Shown: positions 24,897-35,806 of the stretch, in pieces
How positions within the stretch are numbered: position 1 is the stretch's first letter
Layout: every line of letters begins with the position of its first letter
Assembly: GCA_032654565.1 (NCBI GenBank)
Contig: JAULAX010000017.1
Span: 224,001 to 288,000, forward strand
Direction of reading: 5' to 3'
Length of the DNA: 64,000 nt
From: Anaeromyxobacteraceae bacterium
GTDB taxonomy: Bacteria > Myxococcota > Myxococcia > Myxococcales > Anaeromyxobacteraceae
Position numbers and translations under genes: made by a program
The notes under the pieces: generated by a model
The model's input: the letters and a program-made list of their open reading frames with translations, nothing else
Told to the model about the DNA's origin: nothing
Database searches by the model: none

Positions 24897-25155
24897 CGGC
24901 CGGGACACCCCCGTCCAAGACAGTCGCCAACGACGCACCGGGGAGGTATACAACCGCCAACCTGCAGGACCCGCGGTGGCTGCCCAGAGGCCGGGCGCGG
25001 GCGAACGGCAACTTCACAGGCGCGCGTGCCATCAACCCAGGACGGCTCTTCCACGGTCACCCGACGGGTACCACCGAGGCGAAGGGCGGCTCAGGGCGGT
25101 GGGGTTCGGTCCACATGGACTGGGTGATGAGCCAGGCGCCGAGCGAGCAGACACC

Positions 25156-26322
<1,167 letters not shown>

Positions 26323-26353
26323 CGGCCCGCGCCCGACTGATCGGAGAACGACC

Positions 26354-27400
26354 ATGAGCATCCTCGTCGACAAGAACACCCGCGTCCTCGTCCAGGGCAT
26401 CACCGGCTCGGCCGGCGGCTTCCACGCAGAGCAGATGCTGGTCTACGGCACCCAGGTGGTGGCCGGGGTCACGCCGGGCCGCGGCGGCACCAGGTTCCAC
26501 GGGAAGGTCCCCATCTTCCAGACCGTCCAGGACGCGGTGCGGGAGACCGGGGCCACCGCCTCGGCCATCTTCGTCCCGCCCCCCTTCGCCGCCGACTCGA
26601 TCATCGAGGCGGCCGAGGCCGGCATCCCCCTGGTGGTCTGCATCACCGAGGGCATCCCCATCCTCGACATGGTGCGGGTGCGGCGCTACCTGGCCGGCAA
26701 GCCGGGGGTCCGGCTCATCGGGCCCAACTGCCCCGGGCTGATCACGCCCGACCAGTGCAAGATCGGCATCATGCCCGGCCACATCCACAAGCCCGGGCGC
26801 ATCGGCGTGGTCTCGCGCTCCGGCACGCTCACCTACGAGGCGGTCAAGCAGCTCTCCGACCTGGGGCTGGGGCAGTCCACGGCGGTGGGCATCGGCGGCG
26901 ACCCGGTCCACGGCACCGACTTCATCGACGTGCTGCGCGAGTTCGAGGCCGACCCGGAGACCGACGCCGTCATCATGATCGGCGAGATCGGAGGCACCGA
27001 GGAGGAGCAGGGGGCCGCCTTCGTCCGCGACCACATGACCAAGCCGGTGGTCGGCTTCATCGCCGGCCGCACCGCCCCTCCGGGCAAGCGGATGGGCCAC
27101 GCCGGCGCCGTCATCTCCGGCGGGTCGGGCACGGCCGAGGCCAAGATCGAGGCCATGCGGGAGGCCGGCATCAGCGTCTGCGAAGGGCCGCACGTGCTCG
27201 GCAAGGTGATGAAGGAGCGGCTCGGCAAGGGGGGCAAGCCGGCCCGCCCGGCCGAGGTGAAGCCGGTCGCGGTCAAGCCGGCCACCGCCAGGCCCGCGGT
27301 CAAGCCGGTCGCGGTCAAGGCGCCTGCCGCCAAGCCGGCGGCCAAGCTGGTCAAGCCCAGGCCGGCCGCGCCGGCCAAGGGCGCGAAGAAGAAGTCCTAG
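26354..27400 (+). CDS. sucD: Succinyl-CoA synthetase alpha subunit with Lys/Ala/Pro-rich C-terminal tail
   Basis: [28 protein letters not shown]. Confidence 0.96.
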   Translation: MSILVDKNTRVLVQGITGSAGGFHAEQMLVYGTQVVAGVTPGRGGTRFHGKVPIFQTVQDAVRETGATASAIFVPPPFAADSIIEAAEAGIPLVVCITEGIPILDMVRVRRYLAGKPGVRLIGPNCPGLITPDQCKIGIMPGHIHKPGRIGVVSRSGTLTYEAVKQLSDLGLGQSTAVGIGGDPVHGTDFIDVLREFEADPETDAVIMIGEIGGTEEEQGAAFVRDHMTKPVVGFIAGRTAPPGKRMGHAGAVISGGSGTAEAKIEAMREAGISVCEGPHVLGKVMKERLGKGGKPARPAEVKPVAVKPATARPAVKPVAVKAPAAKPAAKLVKPRPAAPAKGAKKKS

Positions 27401-27414
27401 CGGTCCCAACCCAC

Positions 27415-27450
27415 GGGCCGGGCGCCGGGGGATCCTCCCGGCGCCGGCCC
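27415..27450 (+). terminator. GC-rich hairpin between sucD and ndk (no U-tract)
   Basis: GGGCCGG-GCGCCGGGG...TCCCGGCGC-CGGCCC inverted repeat. Confidence 0.4.
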
Positions 27451-27472
27451 GAACCTGTCCGAGGAGCAGCAC

Positions 27473-27916
27473 ATGGCCACCGAACGCACCCTGTCCATCA
27501 TCAAGCCCGACGGCGTCGAGAAGGGGATCATCGGCAAGATCATCTCCCGCTTCGAGTCGAACGGCCTCAAGCCCATCGCCCTGCGCCTGACCCACCTGTC
27601 GAAGCGGGAGGCCGAGGGCTTCTACGCGGTCCACAAGGCCCGCCCGTTCTTCAACGATCTTGTCACCTTCATGACCAGCGGCCCGGTGGTGCTGATGGTG
27701 CTCGAGGGCGAGAACGCCGTCCTCAAGAACCGGGAGATCATGGGGGCCACCGACCCGAAGAAGGCGGCCGAAGGGACCATCCGCAAGGACTTCGCCACCG
27801 ACATCGAGAAGAACACCGTCCATGGTTCGGACAGCCCCGAGAACGCCCGGATCGAGGTCTCCTACTACTTCCCCGAGGTGCAGGTGCACCCCTATGACTG
27901 GAAGAAGCTGACCTAA
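27473..27916 (+). CDS. ndk: Nucleoside diphosphate kinase
   Basis: [28 protein letters not shown]. Confidence 0.97.
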   Translation: MATERTLSIIKPDGVEKGIIGKIISRFESNGLKPIALRLTHLSKREAEGFYAVHKARPFFNDLVTFMTSGPVVLMVLEGENAVLKNREIMGATDPKKAAEGTIRKDFATDIEKNTVHGSDSPENARIEVSYYFPEVQVHPYDWKKLT

Positions 27917-28043
27917 CCGACCGTCATCACTCAGGCTCCCGGCGTGGCGCCCCCGATGGGTGTCACGCCGGGCACGTCTTCGCGGTAGACTCCGTGTGCC
28001 CGTCCCGGTCCCGGGGCGGGCATCGTCGTTTCTGGAGGCCCGG

Positions 28044-29435
28044 GTGTTGAGCGTCGTGGAGGGGTGGAAGTGGATGCTGGGCCTGGCCTTCCTGGTCGGC
28101 TCGGCCTTCTTCTCGTCCACCGAGACCGCCTTGACCGCGCTCGGCGAGGCCCGCGCCCGCCAGCTGCACGAGAGCGGGGGCCGGCGCACCCGCTTCCTCT
28201 CGGTCTGGATCGAGCAGCCGGAGCGGGTGCTCTCCACGCTGCTCATCGGCAATACCCTGGCCGCCATCGGCGTCGGCGCCCTCTCCGCCTCGGTGGCCGC
28301 CGACCTGGTGGCCGGCAACCGCGGCTGGGTGGAGGGGACGGCGGTGGCCTTCGCCACCGCGATCACCACCGTCGTGGTCCTCTTCTTCGGGGAGATCGTG
28401 CCGAAGACCCTGGCCAAGCGCCGGCCCGTCCACCTGGCGCTGGCCACCATCCCGGTCATCCGCTTCCTGACCTGGCTGCTCTGGCCGGTCACCGGCGCCA
28501 CCTCCCGCGCCGCCTCGGCCTTCATGCGCCTCTTCGGCGGCGGGGCCTCGGCCGTCACCCCCCCGGTCACCAGCGCGGAGATCGAGTACCTCATCGAGAT
28601 GGGGACGCGCGAGGGGGTGCTCGACGAGGTCAAGGAGGAGCTGCTCAACAGCGTCCTCGAGTTCGCCGACCGGGTGGTCAAGGAGATCATGGTCCCCCGG
28701 ACCAGGCTGGTGGCCATCGACCGCGACGCCTCGCCCGAGGAGCTCACCCGGATCGTCACCGAGAACCCCTACAGCCGCATGCCGGTCTTCCAGGGGACGG
28801 TGGACAACATCGTCGGCATCCTCATGGTGCGGGAGATCGTCCTGGAGCTGCGCCGCGGCCCCATCCAGGCGGTCGGCCTCGACGGCCACCTCCGCCCCGC
28901 CTTCTTCGTCCCCGAGCAGATGAAGATCTCCCGCCTGCTCAAGGAGATGCAGCGCCGCCACGTCCACCTGGCCATCGTGGTCGACGAGTTCGGCGGCACC
29001 AGCGGCATCGCCACCCTCGAGGACGTCCTCGAGGAGATCGTCGGGGAGATCCAGGACGAGGGGGACGCCGAGGCGGCGCCGGTCAAGGCGGTGGGGGAGG
29101 GGGTCTGGCTGGCCGAGGCCACCATCCCGCTCCACGAGCTGGAGGAGTACCTGAACCGGCACGGGGCCCCTGCGGCGACAGGGGACGACGACGAGCCCGG
29201 CGAGATCCACTTCCCGGAGGAGGGCGACTACGAGACCCTGGGGGGCTTCGTCACCGCCACCGCGGGGCGGGTCCCGCCGGTCGGCTCGGTGATCGCCTGG
29301 GACGGCCTGGCCTTCACGGTCCGGGGCGGCGACGAGCGGCGGGTCACCCGGGTGGAGATCGCTCGCCGCGACCCCGAGGCGCCGCCGCCGGTCGAAAGCC
29401 CGTCGCGCCCGGGCCGGCAGGCGGTCGCCCCGTGA
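28044..29435 (+). CDS. HlyC/CorC (CNNM/DUF21 + CBS pair + CorC) membrane protein
   Basis: AFFSSTETA, FGEIVPK, IMVPR, YSRMPV, VDEFGGTSG, LEEIVGEI; start approximate. Confidence 0.9.
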   Translation: MLSVVEGWKWMLGLAFLVGSAFFSSTETALTALGEARARQLHESGGRRTRFLSVWIEQPERVLSTLLIGNTLAAIGVGALSASVAADLVAGNRGWVEGTAVAFATAITTVVVLFFGEIVPKTLAKRRPVHLALATIPVIRFLTWLLWPVTGATSRAASAFMRLFGGGASAVTPPVTSAEIEYLIEMGTREGVLDEVKEELLNSVLEFADRVVKEIMVPRTRLVAIDRDASPEELTRIVTENPYSRMPVFQGTVDNIVGILMVREIVLELRRGPIQAVGLDGHLRPAFFVPEQMKISRLLKEMQRRHVHLAIVVDEFGGTSGIATLEDVLEEIVGEIQDEGDAEAAPVKAVGEGVWLAEATIPLHELEEYLNRHGAPAATGDDDEPGEIHFPEEGDYETLGGFVTATAGRVPPVGSVIAWDGLAFTVRGGDERRVTRVEIARRDPEAPPPVESPSRPGRQAVAP

Positions 29436-30574
29436 GCGAGGGCGGGCCGCTCCCGGAGCTCCGCTCGCTCTCCGGCGAGGCCCTGGCGGCGCTGGTGGCG
29501 CGGCTGGGTGAGAAGCCCTTCCGCGCCCGCCAGCTCTTCCGCTGGCTGCACCGGAACGGCGCCGCCACCCTCGAGGAGATGACCGACCTGCCCCGGCCGC
29601 TGCGGGCGGCGCTGGGGGCGGCCGGCACCCTGGTGACCCTGGAGCGGGCCACCGAGCAGCGCTCCAGCGACGGCACCATCAAGTGGACCTGGCGGACCGG
29701 GGACGGGAAGCTCATCGAGTCGGTCTACATGCCGGAGACCGACCGCAAGACCCTCTGCGTCTCCTCGCAGGTGGGCTGCGCCCTCGGCTGCACCTTCTGC
29801 ATGACCGGCACCATGGGGCTGGCCCGGAACCTGACCGCCGGCGAGATCGTCGACCAGGTCCACCGCGCCAACCGCCGCCTGGTGGAGCTGGGGGAGGGGC
29901 CGGGGCCGCGGCCGCTCACCAACCTGGTCTTCATGGGGATGGGCGAGCCGCTCCACAACTTCGAGCAGCTCAAGGCGGCGCTCGAGCTGCTGCTCCACGA
30001 GGACGGCCCCAACTTCTCCCACCGCCACGTCACCGTCTCGACCAGCGGCCTGGTGCCGGTGATGCGCCGGCTCGGCGAGGAGACCCAGGTGAAGCTGGCG
30101 GTCTCGCTCAACGCCACCACCGACGCCCAGCGCGACCTGATCATGCCCATCAACAAGCGCTGGCCCATCGCCGCGCTGCTGGCCGCCTGTCGGACCTTCC
30201 CCATGAAGCAGGGGCGGCGCATCACCTTCGAGTACGTGCTGCTCGACGGCGTCAACGACACCGACGCCGACGCCCAGCGGCTGGCCCGGCTGGTGGCCGG
30301 GATCCCGGCCAAGGTCAACCTCATCCCCTACAACGACAACCCCGGCCTGGGCTTCCGGGCCCCGGCCCCGGGACGGGTCGAGGCCTTCCACCGCATCCTC
30401 TTCGACCGGAACATCACCGCGGTGATCCGCAAGAACCGGGGGAGCGACATCGCCGCCGCCTGCGGCCAGCTGGCCGCCGAGGGAGGGCCCGGGGACCCGC
30501 GCCGCCGCGGCGCGGCCGTCGCCCCGGGCGCCGGCATCGAGTCGTTGACCGGCCCCGGGGCGCCGGGCTACTGA
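29432..30574 (+). CDS. rlmN: Dual-specificity RNA methyltransferase RlmN
   Basis: CVSSQVGCALGCTFC, FMGMGEP, EYVLL, DIAAACGQL. Confidence 0.95.
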   Translation: MSEGGPLPELRSLSGEALAALVARLGEKPFRARQLFRWLHRNGAATLEEMTDLPRPLRAALGAAGTLVTLERATEQRSSDGTIKWTWRTGDGKLIESVYMPETDRKTLCVSSQVGCALGCTFCMTGTMGLARNLTAGEIVDQVHRANRRLVELGEGPGPRPLTNLVFMGMGEPLHNFEQLKAALELLLHEDGPNFSHRHVTVSTSGLVPVMRRLGEETQVKLAVSLNATTDAQRDLIMPINKRWPIAALLAACRTFPMKQGRRITFEYVLLDGVNDTDADAQRLARLVAGIPAKVNLIPYNDNPGLGFRAPAPGRVEAFHRILFDRNITAVIRKNRGSDIAAACGQLAAEGGPGDPRRRGAAVAPGAGIESLTGPGAPGY

Positions 30575-30617
30575 GGGCGTCCACGCGCCCGCAGCCCGCG
30601 GCGCCCGAGAGGCATCC

Positions 30618-31553
30618 ATGTCACTGCTGGTGGTCGGCTCCGTCGCGCTCGACTCGCTCGAGACCCCCTTCGGTCGCCGCGAGGAGATCCTCGGCGGCTC
30701 GGCCTCCTACTTCTCCACCTGCGCCGGCTTCTTCGGCCCCACCCGGGTGGTGGCGGTGGTGGGCGAGGACTTCCCCGAGGAGCACGTGCGCTTCCTGGCC
30801 TCCCGGGGCGCCGACCTGGCCGGCCTGGTCCGGCAGCCGGGGAAGACCTTCCGCTGGAAGGGGCGGTACGACTTCGACCTCAACACCGCCCACACCCTCG
30901 ACACCCAGCTCAACGTGCTGGCCGGCTTCGCCCCGGTGCTGCCCGCCGGCTGGCGCGACACCGACTTCGTCTTCCTCGGCAACATCGACCCCGACCTGCA
31001 GCTGTCGGTGCTCGACCAGGTGACGGCGCCGAGGTTCGTGGCCTGCGACACCATGAACTTCTGGATCGACTCGAAGCGGGAGCGGCTGCTCGAGGTGCTG
31101 AAGCGGGTCGACCTGCTCTTCGTCAACGACGCCGAGGCGCGCCAGCTGGCCGGGGAGCACAACGTCATCAAGGCGGCCCGGGCCATCCTCGGCTTCGGCC
31201 CCCGGGCGGTGGTGGTGAAGCGGGGCGAGTACGGCTCGCTCTTCTTCTCCGGCCCCGAGGTCTTCGCCGCCTCGGCCTACCCGCTGCTCGACGTCTTCGA
31301 TCCCACCGGGGCCGGCGACAGCTTCGCCGGCGGCTTCATGGGCTACCTGGCGCGCTCCGGCGTGGTGAACCCGGCGGTGCTGCGACGGGCCATCGTGGTG
31401 GGGAGCGTGGTGGCCAGCTTCACGGTCGAGCAGTTCAGCCTCGACCGGCTGCGGACCCTGACCGCCGCCGAGATCAGGGCCCGCTACGCCGAGGCGCGCC
31501 AGCTGGCGCACTTCGACGACCTGGAGCCGGATCTCTTCGCGCCAGAACGTTGA
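30618..31553 (+). CDS. PfkB-family carbohydrate/nucleoside kinase
   Basis: GSVALD, GGSASY, DPTGAGDSFAGG. Confidence 0.9.
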   Translation: MSLLVVGSVALDSLETPFGRREEILGGSASYFSTCAGFFGPTRVVAVVGEDFPEEHVRFLASRGADLAGLVRQPGKTFRWKGRYDFDLNTAHTLDTQLNVLAGFAPVLPAGWRDTDFVFLGNIDPDLQLSVLDQVTAPRFVACDTMNFWIDSKRERLLEVLKRVDLLFVNDAEARQLAGEHNVIKAARAILGFGPRAVVVKRGEYGSLFFSGPEVFAASAYPLLDVFDPTGAGDSFAGGFMGYLARSGVVNPAVLRRAIVVGSVVASFTVEQFSLDRLRTLTAAEIRARYAEARQLAHFDDLEPDLFAPER

Positions 31554-31599
31554 CGCTGCTTCGGCCCGGCGGCTACCATCGGGGCTTCAACGAGGTCGA

Positions 31600-32334
31600 A
31601 TGCGCGTCGCCATCCTGAGCGACATCCACTCCAACCTGGAGGCGCTGAGCGCGGCGCTGGCGGTCGTCGACCGCGAGCGGCCGGACCGCGTCGTCTGCCT
31701 GGGCGACGTGGTCGGCTACGGCGCCAGCGTCAACGAGTGCTGCGAGCTGGTCCGGGCCCGGTCGATGGTGACCCTGCTGGGCAACCACGACGCCGCGGTG
31801 TCCGGCCGCATGGACTACAGCTTCTATTACGACGCCGCCCGGCACGCCCTGGACTGGACCGCCAGCCGCATCGAGCCGGACCACCTCGAGTGGCTGCGCA
31901 CCCTCCCGTACTCCCACCGCGAAGAGGGGCTCTGCTTCAGCCACGGGTCCCCGGTGGAGCCGCAGGCCTACGACTACGTCTTCGCCCTGGAGCAGGCCCG
32001 GGATCTCGTCCCCCACGCCCGCACCCTGGCCGACGTGACCTTCATCGGCCACAGCCACCTCTGCAAGACCTTCGCGCTGGCCCCGGGCGGCGACGTCAAC
32101 GAGGTGGTGGCCAGCCGGTTCGTGCTGCGCAAGGGGCACAAGTACGTGGTCTCGGTGGGCTCGGTGGGGCAGCCGCGCGACGGCGACAACCGGGCCTGCC
32201 TGGTGATCTACGACGACGTCACCCGCGAGGTGGTGTTCCACCGGGTCGCCTACGACATCGAGACCTCGGCGCAGAAGATCTTCGACGCCGACCTGGCGCT
32301 CAACTTCGGGAAGCGGCTCTTCCTCGGGGTGTGA
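31600..32334 (+). CDS. Metallophosphoesterase (calcineurin-like)
   Basis: SDIHSN, GDVVGYG, GNHD, HGSP, GHSH, GSVGQPRD. Confidence 0.92.
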   Translation: MRVAILSDIHSNLEALSAALAVVDRERPDRVVCLGDVVGYGASVNECCELVRARSMVTLLGNHDAAVSGRMDYSFYYDAARHALDWTASRIEPDHLEWLRTLPYSHREEGLCFSHGSPVEPQAYDYVFALEQARDLVPHARTLADVTFIGHSHLCKTFALAPGGDVNEVVASRFVLRKGHKYVVSVGSVGQPRDGDNRACLVIYDDVTREVVFHRVAYDIETSAQKIFDADLALNFGKRLFLGV

Positions 32335-32400
32335 CGGCGGGTGACGGTCCGCCGCCCCTCCGGCGGCCAAATCCGTCCGAGGAATCAAGCACTTTCACCG

Positions 32401-32429
32401 TTGACAGGGCGTCGAAGCGCGACCACAAT
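32401..32429 (+). promoter_or_regulatory. Putative sigma70 promoter
   Basis: TTGACA-17bp-CACAAT upstream of the 32491 CDS. Confidence 0.6.
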
Positions 32430-32490
32430 GCGCGCTCCCAGGCGGGCCGCACCATCGCTGGCCCCCGATCCTCTTTCCTCAAGGAATTCC

Positions 32491-34314
32491 ATGACTTTCA
32501 CCGAAGCCGCCATCGAGGTGCTGCGGCGCGAGGGGAAGCCCCTTCACTTCCGCAAGATCACCGAGATCGCCGTCCGCGAGAACCTGCTCGACCACGTCGG
32601 CAAGATCCCTGAAGAGGTGATGGCCGACCAGGTGGCCGCCAACTGCCGGCTCCCCAAGACCGAGCGGCTGCTGATGCCGGTGCTCCCCGCCACCTTCGCC
32701 CTGGTGGAGTGGCAGCTCGACGAGGATCCCGCCGGGATGGAGAACCTGGTCGATCCGCCGCCGGCCGACGAGCTGCCCTACCGCAACCGCGAGCGCCACC
32801 CCATCCCGTCCCGCGAGCTGGTGCGGGCCACCGGGCGCGGCGGCGACAAGGGGCGTCGCCGCGAGGAGGGCGAGGAGAAGCGCGGCCGTCGCTTCCCGCC
32901 CCCCGCCGAGGTGGCCTACGAGCTCCTGGCCGGCTCCGGCGGGACGCTCTCGCTGGGCGACCTGGCCGCCCACGGGCTGGAGCGGCAGCTCATGCCCGAC
33001 GCCTTCGGCCGCGACCACGCCGCCCTGGCCAGCGCCCTGCAGGAGGACAACCGGCGGCGCGAGGCGGCCGGCCGCAGCCCGCTCTTCCAGATCGACGGCG
33101 AGGCGGTGACCCTGGTGTCGCAGCCGGAGCCCGGCGAGCGCCCCGTGGCGGCTCCCGGGGTCGCCCGCCAGACCTCCCCGGCCGAGCTGCGCCGCGCCGG
33201 CCTCTCCGCGCTGCGGCGCCGGCTGCGCGAGTGCGACGCCGCCACCGTCGAGCACCTGGTCTTCAAGCTCCTCGAGCGGCTCGGGTACCGCGAGCTCAAG
33301 GTGTCGCGCCGGGCCAAGGACCACGTGCTGGTCACCGGCCGCAAGCGGCTGGGGCTGGCCGACGTCCGCCACGCCTTCCGCGTCCTGCGCAGCGGCGGCG
33401 ACGCCAGCCGCCGCGACGTGGTGGAGACGCGGCGCGACCTCGGCCACTCCGGCGCCCAGATCGGCGCCGTGGTCAGCGCCGGCGAGGCGCTGCGCGAGGC
33501 CCGCGCCGACGCCACCACGGCCGGCCAGCTGCCGGTGCTGCTGCTCTGCGGGGAGGCGCTGGCCGAGGCCTTCGCCGACGCCGCGCTGGGCTGCACCCAG
33601 GTGGTGGTGCCGGCGGTGGACGAGGCCTTCTTCGCCGCCGCCGCCGAGAGCGCGGCCCGCGACGAGACCGGGCGGCGGGGCCGGCGCGACGAGCGGGAGC
33701 GAGGTGATCGCGACGAGCGGCGCGACAAGCGCGAGCCACGCGAGCCACGCGAGCCACGCGAGCCACGCGAGCCGAGGGAGCCCCGCGAGGCGCGCGAGCC
33801 TCGCGGCGATGGCGAGGAGCGGACCGGGGAAGCGGCCGCCGAGGAGCCCTCCAGCGACGGCGCGGCCGAGGGGCGCCCGTCGGCGTCCGCTGAGCGGGCG
33901 CACCGGAGCGACGCCGGGCTCGAAGCACCGGCCGCGTCGGCCCGGGCGCTGGAGCTCGACGCCGAGGGAGACGACGAGGGTGACGACGACGCCGAGGACG
34001 GCGACGACGAGGGGGCCGAGGGCGGAGAGCCGGGAGGAGCCGAGGGTGGCGCGACGGGCGCCGCGGGTGCCGACGGCCGACCGGCCAGCGAGGCCAGGCG
34101 AAAGCGCCGCCGCCGCCGCCGTCGGGGCGGTCGGGGGCGGGGCGAGCGGCGAGACGGCGCGCCGGGTGAGGCGCCAGCGGGAGGGGCGTCCGCGGCGGGC
34201 GGTGAGGTGGCCGCGGCTGGACCCGGGGGCAACGAGGGTGCGCCTGGCGCGTCCGGCTCGGGGCCCGCGGCGCCGTCCGGTGGCGGGTCGGATCCGGGTC
34301 CAGGCGGGGCGTGA
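32491..34314 (+). CDS. HARE-HTH domain protein with degenerate Mrr-like nuclease fold and disordered tail
   Basis: MTFTEAAIEVLRREGKPLHFRKITEIA (HARE-HTH pattern), second similar unit, VEHLVFKLLERLGY Mrr-like helix, EPR repeats, acidic and Arg-rich tracts. Confidence 0.7.
   Translation: MTFTEAAIEVLRREGKPLHFRKITEIAVRENLLDHVGKIPEEVMADQVAANCRLPKTERLLMPVLPATFALVEWQLDEDPAGMENLVDPPPADELPYRNRERHPIPSRELVRATGRGGDKGRRREEGEEKRGRRFPPPAEVAYELLAGSGGTLSLGDLAAHGLERQLMPDAFGRDHAALASALQEDNRRREAAGRSPLFQIDGEAVTLVSQPEPGERPVAAPGVARQTSPAELRRAGLSALRRRLRECDAATVEHLVFKLLERLGYRELKVSRRAKDHVLVTGRKRLGLADVRHAFRVLRSGGDASRRDVVETRRDLGHSGAQIGAVVSAGEALREARADATTAGQLPVLLLCGEALAEAFADAALGCTQVVVPAVDEAFFAAAAESAARDETGRRGRRDERERGDRDERRDKREPREPREPREPREPREPREAREPRGDGEERTGEAAAEEPSSDGAAEGRPSASAERAHRSDAGLEAPAASARALELDAEGDDEGDDDAEDGDDEGAEGGEPGGAEGGATGAAGADGRPASEARRKRRRRRRRGGRGRGERRDGAPGEAPAGGASAAGGEVAAAGPGGNEGAPGASGSGPAAPSGGGSDPGPGGA
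33730..33774 (+). repeat. 9-bp coding minisatellite (CGCGAGCCA)n encoding (REP)n
   Basis: About five tandem units, followed by degenerate units to ~33804. Confidence 0.85.
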
Positions 34315-34328
34315 GCCTGGGGTCGGGC

Positions 34329-35210
34329 ATGAGCGTCCTCCGGACGGGGCTGGCGCTGGCGCTGGTCGTCGCGGGGACGGGGGTGGGGTGCCGCCGGACC
34401 CCGCCGCCCAGCGTCACCGGGGTCAAGGTGGGGGCGGCGCTCGCCGACGCGCTGGTCGAGGCCGGGCTGGAGGCCACCGCGGTCGAGTCCATCACCCGGG
34501 CGGCGCTCGGCGAGGCCGGCTTCCTGCTGTCCCCCGCCTCCGAGCGGGCCTTCGAGGCCCGGGTGGAGGTGCTGGTCCTGCGCATCGCCCCGGCCGGAGG
34601 CGACCAGGGGCTGCAGGCCGAGGTGGGGGTCGAGGTGGAGCTGGTCCCGGCCCAGTCCAACGAGCCGCCGCACAAGGAGACCGGCCAGGCCACCGAGCCG
34701 GTGCGGGCCGGCAGCGCGGCCCCGGCGGTGCGCGCCGCCCTGGTCGCGGCGGTGGGCGAGGCGGTGCGCGCCCTGCGGGTCAGCGTCGCCGCCGACGTCA
34801 AGACCACCGAGACGCTGATCGCCGACCTCTCCTCCGCCGACGCCCGGGTGCGGGGCCAGGCGGTGCAGGCCCTGGGCGAGCGCGGCGCCAGGTCGGCGGT
34901 CCCGGCGCTCATCGGGAGGCTGCGCGACGGCGACCCCAAGGTGGCCCACCGGACCGTCGGGGCGCTGGCCCAGATCAAGGACCGGCGGGCGGTGCCCGCC
35001 CTCATCGACCTCTGCCGCGGGGGGGACGCCGCCCTGACCCTGCGCATGGCGCGCATCGTCGGCGACCTGGGGGGGCGCGACGCCCAGGGCTGGCTCCTGG
35101 TGCTGGAGACGGCCCACCCCGACCGGCGGGTCCGCGAGACCGCCGCCGAGGTGCTCGACGAGCTCCGCCGGGCCACGCCGGCCCCGACCTCGCCGGCACC
35201 GCGCCCGTGA
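34329..35210 (+). CDS. HEAT-repeat protein, probable lipoprotein
   Basis: Signal peptide ending GVGC; LSSADARVRGQAVQALGE, AVPALIGRLRDGDPKV HEAT repeats; alternative GTG start 34311. Confidence 0.75.
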   Translation: MSVLRTGLALALVVAGTGVGCRRTPPPSVTGVKVGAALADALVEAGLEATAVESITRAALGEAGFLLSPASERAFEARVEVLVLRIAPAGGDQGLQAEVGVEVELVPAQSNEPPHKETGQATEPVRAGSAAPAVRAALVAAVGEAVRALRVSVAADVKTTETLIADLSSADARVRGQAVQALGERGARSAVPALIGRLRDGDPKVAHRTVGALAQIKDRRAVPALIDLCRGGDAALTLRMARIVGDLGGRDAQGWLLVLETAHPDRRVRETAAEVLDELRRATPAPTSPAPRP

Positions 35211-35221
35211 AGGAGGCTACA

Positions 35222-35806
35222 ATGGACCGCATGACCCGACCGCTCCTGGCCCTGTCCCTGCTCGCCGCGCTGGCCGGCTGCGGCCACGCCCCCCGGGGCC
35301 CCGGGGCCGCCGCTCGCCCCGCCGACTACTACCCGCTGGCCGTCGGCTCCGAGTGGACCTGGGAGGACCAGAGCCCCCAGCTGCCGGCCGGCTCCCCAGC
35401 CCTCCGCACCGTGCGGGTGCTGGAGCGGACCAGCGACGGCTACTTCAAGGACAGCGCCCGGGGCGAGCTTCGCGTCGGCGCCTGCGTGGCCGACCGGGTC
35501 CGCTCGCTGCTCTGCGGCCCCATCGCCGTGGGCACGCGCTGGAGCTCGGTGCTGTCGCCCACCTCCGTGGAGAGCTACGAGATCGTCGCCGTCGGAGAGC
35601 GGGTGGTGACCCCGGCCGGCGCCTTCGAGGGCTGTGTCCGGGTCCGGGCCCACACCCGGGCCGCCGCCGACACCGAGCTGATCAACGAGATCAGCTACGC
35701 CCCCGGGGTGGGGCCGGTGCGCATCGAGATCATCACCATCAGGGGGGACAAGGCGGTGCCGCAGCTCCGGGCCGTCCTGCGCGCCTACCGCAAGGGGGGG
35801 CCGTGA
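35222..35806 (+). CDS. Hypothetical lipoprotein
   Basis: GGAGG RBS, lipobox LAGC, YYPLAVGSEW, VTPAGAFEGCVRV, YAPGVGPV. Confidence 0.8.
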   Translation: MDRMTRPLLALSLLAALAGCGHAPRGPGAAARPADYYPLAVGSEWTWEDQSPQLPAGSPALRTVRVLERTSDGYFKDSARGELRVGACVADRVRSLLCGPIAVGTRWSSVLSPTSVESYEIVAVGERVVTPAGAFEGCVRVRAHTRAAADTELINEISYAPGVGPVRIEIITIRGDKAVPQLRAVLRAYRKGGP

